A stretch of DNA of 35,807 nt from assembly GCA_041946805.1 (NCBI GenBank), contig JBHGBC010000051.1:1-35807 (forward strand), in the 5' to 3' direction. Below are positions 28,416-35,807 of the stretch, one piece after another. The DNA comes from a bacterium (lineage in GTDB: Bacteria > Hinthialibacterota > Hinthialibacteria > Hinthialibacterales > Hinthialibacteraceae). The position numbers and the translations under genes were made by a program. The notes under the pieces are model-generated. The model did no database searches and was not told the origin of the DNA. It worked only from the letters and a program-made list of their open reading frames with translations. Within the stretch, counting starts at the first letter, position 1; the number at the start of each line of letters is the position of its first letter.

Positions 28416-29897
28416 ATGCAGGAAAACAATCATTTACTGACCTGGATGACCTTTTGGCCGCTGATCGGGGCGTTCCTCATTCTGTGCACGCCCGCGCGGG
28501 CCAAGGAGTTTATCAAGCAGACGGCGTTGTTGTTCACGATCCCTTCGCTGATCTGCGCGGTCCAGATGCTGCTGCAATACGATCCGCAAGCGTCCTACCA
28601 GTTCGTGGCCAAGGCGCCGTGGATCCAGACGTTCCATATTTACTATTACGTCGGGGCGGACGGGCTGAGCGTGCCCATGTTGTTCCTGACCGCGCTACTC
28701 TGTCCCTTATGCATCCTGGCCTCGTGGAACATCGACGACCGCGCCAAGGGGTATTTCGCCCTGTTCTTGATTCTGGAAACCGGCATGCTGGGCGTGTTCA
28801 TCGCCCTCGACTTCTTCCTGTTCTACGTGTTCTGGGAAGTGATGCTGCTGCCCATGTATTTTTTGATCGGCATCTGGGGCGGCCCCCGGCGGGAATACGC
28901 GGCCATTAAGTTCTTTCTATACACGTTGTTGGGCAGCGTGTTCCTCTTCATCGTGATGATCGTGTTTTATATCTACTGTGATTATTCATTCGATTTGACC
29001 ACCCTGGGGGCGCAGATCGCCCAGTCGGACTTGGCGGGGGCCACGCGGCTCAAGTGGTGGCTGTTCCTGGCGATGTATATCGCCTTCGCGATCAAGATTC
29101 CCGCGTTTCCGTTTCACACGTGGCTGCCGGACGCGCACGTGGAAGCGCCGACGGCGATCAGCGTGATCCTGGCGGGGATTCTGTTGAAGATGGGGACATA
29201 CGGCCTGCTGCGGGTCAGTTATCCCCTGCTGCCGGACATGGCGCTGACGTTCGCCGTGCCCATCGCCCTCATTGCGCTGATCAACATCGTGTACGGGGCG
29301 CTGGTGGCCATGGCGCAGACCGACCTCAAGAAGCTGGTGGCCTATTCGAGCATCAGCCACATGGGCTTCGTGATGCTGGGCATGGCGGCCATGACCCGCG
29401 AGGGGATGAACGGGGCGGTGATGCAGATGTTCAGCCACGGCATGATCACCGCCATGCTCTTCCTGCTGGTGGGCGTGATTTACGACCGGGCGCATCATAG
29501 GGACATCGACGGCTTCGGCGGGCTGGCCAAGAACCTGCCGGTGTACGCGGGGATCACCTGCGTGGCGTTTTTCGCGGGCCTGGGCCTGCCGGGCTTTTCG
29601 GGTTTCATCGCCGAGGTGCTGGTGTTCCTGGGCGCGTTCGGCGTGTACCCGTGGATCACGATTCTGGCGGCCACCAGTCTGGTGATCACCGCCACCTACT
29701 TGTTGTGGACCTACCAGCGGATCTTTCTGGGGCCGCTGAACGAAAAATACGCGGCGCTGCCCGATTGCACTCTGCGGGAAAAGGCGACTCTTTACCCGTT
29801 GGCGGTTTTGGTGCTGTTGGTGGGGATTTTCCCGCAGCCGGTGTTGAATCTGTTCAGCCCGACGCTGGGTCGGTTGATTCAGCTGTTGGGCATGTAA
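28416..29897 (+). CDS. nuoM: NADH-quinone oxidoreductase subunit M
   Basis: DGLS, FYVFWEVMLLPMYFLIG.WGG, FHTWLPDAHVEAPT, DLKKLVAYSSISHMG. True start is MQENN at 28416; the track start 28083 overlaps nuoL. Confidence 0.98.
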   Translation: MQENNHLLTWMTFWPLIGAFLILCTPARAKEFIKQTALLFTIPSLICAVQMLLQYDPQASYQFVAKAPWIQTFHIYYYVGADGLSVPMLFLTALLCPLCILASWNIDDRAKGYFALFLILETGMLGVFIALDFFLFYVFWEVMLLPMYFLIGIWGGPRREYAAIKFFLYTLLGSVFLFIVMIVFYIYCDYSFDLTTLGAQIAQSDLAGATRLKWWLFLAMYIAFAIKIPAFPFHTWLPDAHVEAPTAISVILAGILLKMGTYGLLRVSYPLLPDMALTFAVPIALIALINIVYGALVAMAQTDLKKLVAYSSISHMGFVMLGMAAMTREGMNGAVMQMFSHGMITAMLFLLVGVIYDRAHHRDIDGFGGLAKNLPVYAGITCVAFFAGLGLPGFSGFIAEVLVFLGAFGVYPWITILAATSLVITATYLLWTYQRIFLGPLNEKYAALPDCTLREKATLYPLAVLVLLVGIFPQPVLNLFSPTLGRLIQLLGM

Positions 29898-29912
29898 GGC
29901 GGGAGAAAACCG

Positions 29913-31418
29913 ATGGCCACCGTGGAAACCTTGGGCAACGTCGCGAGCCTGGGATATTTCATCCCCGAGCTGGTTTTGACCGCCGCCGTCCTGGTGATCT
30001 TGCTGGCGGATATCTTCGGCGCGGAACGCAAGGATATCGACTCCATGGGGCTCCTGGCCCTGGGGGGGACCCTGACCGCGTTCTTCGCGCATGTGGGATT
30101 GTACGCGAAGCCGCCGGTGTTTTTGTTCGAGGGCATGTTGGCGCATGACATGTTCTCGGCCTTTTTCCGGGGCTTTTTTCTGCTCGCCACGGCCATCGTG
30201 ATTTTGATGACCCTGTTTTCCCGGGAAGTGATCTACCTCAAGAAAGGGGAGTTCTACGCCATCCTGTTGCCGGTGACGATCGGGATGTGCCTAGTGTCGG
30301 CCTCGGCCGACCTGGTGATCTTTTACCTCTCGCTGGAACTGTTGAGCATTGGATCGTACCTCCTGGCGGGATTTTCGCGCACGGTGGGCCGCTCGGACGA
30401 AGCGGCGTTGAAGTACGTGCTGTACGGCGGCGTATCGACCGGTGTTTTGTTGTTCGGCCTCAGCCTGCTGTACGGCTTGACGGGCACGACCAGCTTTGCG
30501 GGAATCCAGGCGGCGTTGACGGCCTCGCAATCCGGATACGATCTGGCCGCGTACGTGATCTTCCTGATGTTCCTGGTGGGCGCGGGGTACAAGATCGCGG
30601 CGGCGCCGTTTCATTTCTGGGCGCCGGATGTGTATGAAGGCGCGCCCACGCCGGTGACCGCGTACCTGTCGGTGGCCTCCAAGGGCGCGGGTTTCGCCCT
30701 GCTGATCCGTTTCTTCTATTCGACGATGCTGCGCCAGCCGGCCGCGGGCGGCCCGTGGCTGGAGGCCGGCGCGCTGAACCTCGACTGGACGTTCCACATC
30801 GCGCTGCTCTCCGTGGTGACCATGACCCTGGGCAACCTGGCGGCCATCGTGCAGACCAACCTGAAACGCCTGCTGGCCTATTCGGGCATCGCGCACGCGG
30901 GGTACGTGCTGATGGGCGTGTGCGCGTTGTCGGACCGGGGGCTGGAGGCGGTGATCTTTTACCTCGTGATTTACCTGTTCACCAACCTGGCCGCCTTTCT
31001 GGTGGTGATCATGATGGTGGAAGCCGCCGGAGACGAGCGCCTCGCGGGGCTGCGCGGCTTGTGGTCGCGCTCGCCGTACACGACGGTGCTGATGACCATC
31101 GCGCTCTTTTCGCTGATCGGCCTGCCGCCCACGGGCGGATTCGTGGGCAAGTACATCCTGTTCATCGCCGTGCTGCAGGAGAAACTCTACTGGCTGGCGG
31201 TGGCGGCCGCGTTGAACACGGTCGTCTCGCTGTACTATTACGCGCGGATCATCAAGGCGATGCTGCTGGAGGACGCGCCCGCCGCCGGGACGATCCATTT
31301 CCATCCCGCCTACACCGGCCTGCTGGTGGCGTTGACGGTTCCCGTGTTGTATTTCGGCATCTGGTGGGACCCCCTCATCCGCTATGCCCGCTATTGCGTC
31401 ACCCTCCTGCACGGCTGA
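29913..31418 (+). CDS. nuoN: NADH-quinone oxidoreductase subunit N
   Basis: EAALKY, K..AAPFHFWAPDVYEGAPTPVTA, KRLLAYS.IAHAGY, SL.GLPP..GF.GK. GGGAG RBS. Confidence 0.98.
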   Translation: MATVETLGNVASLGYFIPELVLTAAVLVILLADIFGAERKDIDSMGLLALGGTLTAFFAHVGLYAKPPVFLFEGMLAHDMFSAFFRGFFLLATAIVILMTLFSREVIYLKKGEFYAILLPVTIGMCLVSASADLVIFYLSLELLSIGSYLLAGFSRTVGRSDEAALKYVLYGGVSTGVLLFGLSLLYGLTGTTSFAGIQAALTASQSGYDLAAYVIFLMFLVGAGYKIAAAPFHFWAPDVYEGAPTPVTAYLSVASKGAGFALLIRFFYSTMLRQPAAGGPWLEAGALNLDWTFHIALLSVVTMTLGNLAAIVQTNLKRLLAYSGIAHAGYVLMGVCALSDRGLEAVIFYLVIYLFTNLAAFLVVIMMVEAAGDERLAGLRGLWSRSPYTTVLMTIALFSLIGLPPTGGFVGKYILFIAVLQEKLYWLAVAAALNTVVSLYYYARIIKAMLLEDAPAAGTIHFHPAYTGLLVALTVPVLYFGIWWDPLIRYARYCVTLLHG

Positions 31419-31428
31419 AATGCTTCCC

Positions 31429-31478
31429 TTGATCTTTCGGATTTATCCTTTTATAAAATTCCATTGAAGGGATTTTAT
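31429..31478 (+). promoter_or_regulatory. Possible sigma70 promoter with overlapping inverted repeat
   Basis: TTGATC (31429-31434), 17 nt, TATAAA (31452-31457). Inverted repeat ataaaattcc..gggattttat (31453-31478). Confidence 0.4.
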
Positions 31479-31512
31479 TGTCCCATCACCGTGAGGCGCG
31501 GTGGGGGGGATC

Positions 31513-32010
31513 GTGGACGAATTCGAAAAACGTCTCTGGAACGCGCGCCTGGACGCGCAATTCAACGTGCTGTATTGGGGCTACCTGGGGAACCGGTATG
31601 AAAGATGGAATCAATCATTGAAAATCTTTCTGGCCGTGTTTTCATCGGGGACGGTGGCGTCGTGGTTGATACTTTCCGGGAATGAAATCGTTTGGAAATG
31701 CTTTTCCATGATTACCGCCTTGGCTGGTGTGATCCAATCGTTTCTGCAATGGGATCAACTGATTAAGACCTATACCGAACTGCGTTCGCCCTGGGTGGAA
31801 ATCTGGGGTGAGTTGGATTCGCTTTGGATTGAGTTTCATGAAAATTCAAACCGGAAAGTCCTGTTGAAAAAATGTCAGCAACTCCGGCATGATATCACCA
31901 ACGCGCGAATGAACCAGAAGTGTATTTATTTGGATAAAAAATTGTGTGAGAAATGTTATAATGAGATATGGAATCAGGTCATAAAAAACAAAAAAGCGGG
32001 GATTTCGTGA
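31513..32010 (+). CDS. Hypothetical 2-TM protein, SLATT-like architecture
   Basis: N-terminal helix, two adjacent moderately hydrophobic segments (LKIFLAVFSSGTVASWLIL; FSMITALAGVIQSFLQW) and a helical C-terminus. Visibly AT-richer than the nuo genes. Start 31513 or 31501. Confidence 0.65.
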   Translation: MDEFEKRLWNARLDAQFNVLYWGYLGNRYERWNQSLKIFLAVFSSGTVASWLILSGNEIVWKCFSMITALAGVIQSFLQWDQLIKTYTELRSPWVEIWGELDSLWIEFHENSNRKVLLKKCQQLRHDITNARMNQKCIYLDKKLCEKCYNEIWNQVIKNKKAGIS

Positions 32011-32201
32011 TGAGGCGTGAGTCCTTGAAAGCCGTGGAAGAGATGTTCAACCGGAAATTGATCAAAGTCGAGCCGCCGTATCCCTGGCCGGATCCGCCGG
32101 GGTGGGAAAAAAAATCCGAAGGGGGCGGGAGGGGAGCGTCTCAGAAAAAGGGGAAACAATCCCTCAAACGGCGGGGAGACGGCCGGAAGCGGTATTCCTG
32201 A
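32010..32201 (+). CDS. Small basic hypothetical protein (63 aa) coupled to the upstream gene
   Basis: ATG overlaps the upstream stop (TGATG). Sequence MRRESLKAVEEMFNRKLIKVEPPYPWPDPPGWEKK... Confidence 0.4.
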   Translation: MRRESLKAVEEMFNRKLIKVEPPYPWPDPPGWEKKSEGGGRGASQKKGKQSLKRRGDGRKRYS

Positions 32202-32249
32202 TCGTGGCGCCGGGGGTGATGGTGTGGATTTCTAGATGACCAATAAATA

Positions 32250-32277
32250 GTAGGGGCACGTTGCAACGCGCCCCTAC
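32250..32277. repeat. GTAGGGGC..GCCCCTAC REP-like palindrome
   Basis: gtaggggcacgttgcaacgcgcccctac; related copy at 9808-9832. Confidence 0.8.
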
Positions 32278-32349
32278 TTTCATGAGTGGGAAAACTCTTG
32301 AGCAATCCATGAGTTCAATCCTCGGGAGCCGGTTCCTCCCGGATTGAAA

Positions 32350-33327
32350 TCATTGGTTGCCCCAATCGGCCACGGCCGTGGGGGTTTCGCCCAGGGCCCA
32401 TTGCACGCAGCGGTGCAAGACCGCTTTCCCGGCCGGGGTCATGTAATCATAGATCACCACCCACTGCGTGGGATGTCCGGCTTCGTTCACGGGCCGCACG
32501 TTGCCGCCGCCACAGAACGGCATTACCCGGCGCGCGGGGGCCTTGGTCCCATCGGCGAGCGCGTCGCCCGCTTCGACGACGGCGATCGCGGACTTGGTGG
32601 GATCGGAGGTCCAGACGGCCAGGACCTTGGTCCCCTCGCCGGCGTTGTCCACCAGGTCATAAATACCCTGCCAGGCCTGGCCCGTGTTTTCGGGGGGACC
32701 CGAGGGCCCATCGCCGTAAATGACGATTTCCGCGGGCAGATCCTTGGTCAGTTCGTGGGTTTTTCCCGCGTCGGTGAGGGTGATGGATTGAGCGCCGTCG
32801 CCGGAAATGTCGCCGCTCTGGTCGCCGTTGAAGATAAACGTGGAACCCAACTTATTGGACCGGGAACCGACATTGGCGTGTTCGCCCTGGATCACGGGGA
32901 GCGGAAGATTTTTCACCGCCGGGCCAATCGTCGACCAGCAGGTCCCGGTATTCCACAGGAGTTTGTAGCCTTCATCCTGAAAGAACGTGGGATAGTTCAT
33001 ATACGCGCCGTCATCCACCCAGGGCCCGTAGTCGGCGTCATCGGCCGGGGGGAAGGGAATCTGGCCCTCGTTGAGCATGTACTGCACGACATAATCGACC
33101 ATCAGGATGGGGAAATACCCCCATTCCTGCAGCATGTAGCGGAGGTATTCGTCGTCCAGGGAAAAGTGTTGCATCACGGCGAAGTCCCGGTCGACCGTGC
33201 TTCCCTCGCTGCCGGGGGCCCAGGAGATGCGGGCGGAGAGGGCGATCTTCTTGGGTTGGGCCGCGGCGGACAGAACGCCGAGGGTTAAAATCAAGGTAAC
33301 GACGATAAACGGGGTTAGTTTCCTCAT
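32350..33327 (-). CDS. Secreted hypothetical protein, possibly a glutamine-amidotransferase-like fold
   Basis: Strong AAGGAGG RBS and signal peptide ending SAAA|QP. THELTKDL, DGTKAPARRV and LHRCVQWALG motifs; tail TAVADWGNQ. Confidence 0.85.
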   Translation of the reverse strand: MRKLTPFIVVTLILTLGVLSAAAQPKKIALSARISWAPGSEGSTVDRDFAVMQHFSLDDEYLRYMLQEWGYFPILMVDYVVQYMLNEGQIPFPPADDADYGPWVDDGAYMNYPTFFQDEGYKLLWNTGTCWSTIGPAVKNLPLPVIQGEHANVGSRSNKLGSTFIFNGDQSGDISGDGAQSITLTDAGKTHELTKDLPAEIVIYGDGPSGPPENTGQAWQGIYDLVDNAGEGTKVLAVWTSDPTKSAIAVVEAGDALADGTKAPARRVMPFCGGGNVRPVNEAGHPTQWVVIYDYMTPAGKAVLHRCVQWALGETPTAVADWGNQ

Positions 33328-33565
33328 GACATTTCCTCCTTGGGTGCATGGTGAAAATTGAATGAATAGAACGGTTTTGCGGGCAAGACGATTGGCTGGC
33401 TCGATGGGCTACGTTCCGATTGACCTCACCTCCTTCCTCTTTAATTTAAAAGGAAGCGTACGGCGGAAGAGTAAAACCGAGTTCGGAACATGGAATCCAA
33501 TCCCAACAATGCATTTACATAACAATATAAAGACAAGTCTTCCAGAAAACCATAAAACCTCCCTC

Positions 33566-33594
33566 ATATTAAGGGAACCGGCCGGGCATGTCAA
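33566..33594 (-). promoter_or_regulatory. Sigma70 promoter, probably for the 32350-33327 gene
   Basis: Minus strand TTGACA (33594-33589), 17 nt, TAATAT (33571-33566). Confidence 0.65.
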
Positions 33595-33837
33595 CAAAAA
33601 TAAGCCAAGGGGAGACCATCACCAAAAATCGCTCCGGCGGATCTTGGCGCAGGGAAGACCCGCGGAACAAACGAAAATAGGAGAGGCAGGTTGGGGTCGG
33701 CGAGTGAGCGGGTGTGATTTTGGAGAAATTTTACAGATGGGCGGGATCGAAAAGTCGTCGCGCCGGCTTGAAGAGAGGTATACAATTGCAGGATGAACCA
33801 TTTCATCCTCACGCCTCATGAGGGAAGGGGGCTGGAT

Positions 33838-35807
33838 ATGTCCACTGTACCTTCTCCCGCCTGGTTTCCTGAAACGCGCCGCGCCCGGGACTCCATCGCC
33901 GGTGAATCTCGATTCCTGAATAGGTGTTTCCAGACCGGGGTTTGGCTGCTGGTGCTGAATTGCGCGCCTTTCCTGGCGCTCCCGGCCGCCGCGCAGCCGC
34001 AGCAGCCCGCCGGATTGAACGCATTGCACCGCGGCGGGCAGACGTTCCTTACTTGGACCGAGCGCGGGGAGATTTCCGGGGAACAGTACCGCGTTTACCG
34101 GCATACGGAACCGATTACCGCCGCGAACCGGGGTGAGGCTCCCCTGGTGGCCACGTTGAACGAGGGAAGCAGCGCGTATTACACCGAACGGATGCGGGGG
34201 ATGGATTATCCGCCCGAGCAAAACGGGGGCTACCAATCGCCGCGCAATTACGTGATCGAGCCGCTGGGGCCGCAGTTGTCCGATAGTACGGGCCTGTTCG
34301 TGTGGACGGTGGAGGAACCGCGCGCGTCGTACTACGCCGTGACCACGGTGCTTGATGGAGTGGAAAACCAGCGGGATTTCGGGCCGGAGAATACCTTCGG
34401 TCCGGTGACGGAAACGGTGGCAGATCCGCTTCCCATATTGGTGTGGCAATCGCCTAGCGGGCGGGGGAGGGTCTATACCCAGTTCATGAATTACGCGCGC
34501 TGGAATCCCACCTACGAGACGCCGGACGGGCCGACTTACGCGTATAACTATTTCGTGGGGTATCCGTCGCTGGAGCAGTGCGGGGGGCAATTCCCCGAAA
34601 CCTACGCGCTGGTGCTGCACATCGAGGGGCACGGCAGCCGGTACGAGGCCGGGGACGGTTCGCATTATTTCGGGTGTGTGGAGTTGTGGTGCGACGATCC
34701 GCGGCAGTCGTGGTATTACGGCTACAGCGCGACGCATGATTATTGGCGGGACGGCGGATCGCCCGTGACCACGGGGCCGATCGTGAATTTCACCGAGGAG
34801 CGGGTGCAGCGGGCGATTTACGATACCCTGCGTGATCCACAGCTCGGCAATATCGATCCCCGGCGGATTTTCGCCTATGGGCATTCCATGGGCGCGAGCG
34901 GATCGCTGGCCCTGGCGCTGCGCTATCCCAACCTCTTCGCGGGCGTTTATTGCAGCGAGCCGATGACCCATTATCGCCTGGCCAGCCAGGGCTGCGAGGT
35001 GGATTGGGTGGGAACGGATCTCGAACCGAAATGGGGCCGCGTGGCGCTCAACCTGCCGATCGAAAACCGGGGCGTGTACGCCGCCCACCTGGCGCGGTTC
35101 AACGGGATGGGTGTGTGGGACTGGCAAAATCACCAGGCATCGTTGGTCCAGCGCCGGGGAGAAGACATCGCGTTCGTGGCGCTGGCCCATGGGACGCGGG
35201 ACCGGGTGATCGCCTGGGAGTCACAAGGCCGTCCGGCCTACGAGCCGCTATACCAGGGCCGCCGCGCGTTTTCGGGAGCCACGGTGAATGAAGATCATAC
35301 CTGGGTGGGATTTGCCGGCCTGGGGCCGGCCGTTGGTGAGCAATGGCTGCCCGGGGCCAGCGGTCCGTTCTGGGGGTTCCGCATGGTCCGGGATGAAACG
35401 CTGCCCGCACTGACTTACGCGTCGGGCAGCCTGCCGGCACCACCCGAGGCCGTGGGCCAATACAACATGAATCTCGAGTGGTCGGCGTCGTGGAACGCGT
35501 GGGCCGGGCCGCCCGTGGATACGCCCGCGCGATGGGAAATCGCCCTGCGATCGTTGGAAGGCGCGCAGACCGTGGATGTGACGCCCCGGCGAGTCCAGCA
35601 TTTCGTCGTCACGCCGGGCGCCGCCTACGATTGGGAAAACCGGGCGGTGTCCGACAACCGGCTCGCCGCGTCCGGCATGGTGAGCGCGGACGCGGACGGT
35701 TTGATCACCGTCACCCGGTTTGCGGTTTCTCCGGAAGGCAACCGGCTGGTCCTGGTTCCGCATCAAGGGGGAGCGGTTGCCACGGCCACGCCGACTCCCC
35801 CGGTGGC
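33838..35807 (+). CDS. Secreted alpha/beta-hydrolase fold protein, 3'-truncated (not in ORF track)
   Basis: Frame from ATG 33838 is open to the window end by hand translation. Signal-like ..LALPAAA|QP; IDPRRIFAYGHSMG nucleophile elbow (GHSMG at 34879-34893), HGTRDRVI and EDHTW; ends in an ATATPTPP linker. Exact start uncertain. Confidence 0.88.
   Translation, partial: MSTVPSPAWFPETRRARDSIAGESRFLNRCFQTGVWLLVLNCAPFLALPAAAQPQQPAGLNALHRGGQTFLTWTERGEISGEQYRVYRHTEPITAANRGEAPLVATLNEGSSAYYTERMRGMDYPPEQNGGYQSPRNYVIEPLGPQLSDSTGLFVWTVEEPRASYYAVTTVLDGVENQRDFGPENTFGPVTETVADPLPILVWQSPSGRGRVYTQFMNYARWNPTYETPDGPTYAYNYFVGYPSLEQCGGQFPETYALVLHIEGHGSRYEAGDGSHYFGCVELWCDDPRQSWYYGYSATHDYWRDGGSPVTTGPIVNFTEERVQRAIYDTLRDPQLGNIDPRRIFAYGHSMGASGSLALALRYPNLFAGVYCSEPMTHYRLASQGCEVDWVGTDLEPKWGRVALNLPIENRGVYAAHLARFNGMGVWDWQNHQASLVQRRGEDIAFVALAHGTRDRVIAWESQGRPAYEPLYQGRRAFSGATVNEDHTWVGFAGLGPAVGEQWLPGASGPFWGFRMVRDETLPALTYASGSLPAPPEAVGQYNMNLEWSASWNAWAGPPVDTPARWEIALRSLEGAQTVDVTPRRVQHFVVTPGAAYDWENRAVSDNRLAASGMVSADADGLITVTRFAVSPEGNRLVLVPHQGGAVATATPTPPV

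Noticed and set aside
26332..31418. 2M-type complex I or Mrp antiporter
   Set aside because: Exactly one each of L, M and N, and no MrpE/F/G-like genes.
33426..33435. 16S rRNA 3'-end fragment (TCACCTCCTT)
   Set aside because: Only 10 nt match and the flanks show no rRNA sequence; treated as an SD-like motif on the minus strand.
33619..35190. 523-aa minus-strand ORF in the track
   Set aside because: Shadow of the unlisted + strand hydrolase, which has a signal-like leader and a GHSMG motif.

Overview
High-GC bacterial chromosomal window with no rRNA, tRNA, CRISPR or transposase seen. In order it holds: the 3' part of guaB; a FapA(DUF342)-TPR gene pair; a secreted ThuA-like protein; two coupled GT-C-type membrane proteins; a secreted heparinase II/III-like lyase; a multi-Ig-domain probable lipoprotein; rpsU with a consensus sigma70 promoter and terminator; an orphan prepilin; and a secreted lamin-tail/CotH kinase. 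These are followed by an 11-subunit complex I operon (nuoABCDHIJKLMN, no nuoEFG in the locus), an AT-richer 2-TM (SLATT-like) gene with a coupled small ORF, another secreted protein, and a long alpha/beta-hydrolase ORF that runs off the end and is missing from the ORF track. Intergenic DNA is packed with several families of short REP-like palindromes. The best leads are (1) a shared C-terminal '[hydrophobic]-x-D-W-x-x-x-stop' tail on two unrelated secreted proteins, a candidate sorting signal; (2) an unlisted 46-aa single-TM ORF between nuoA and nuoB; (3) the SLATT-like cassette; and (4) tandem G-U-containing hairpins upstream of the nuo region. The pilin style and the DW tail recall the Hinthialibacterota (OLB16)/Sumerlaeota group, but that is inference from memory. 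All family calls are by motif recognition, not database search.
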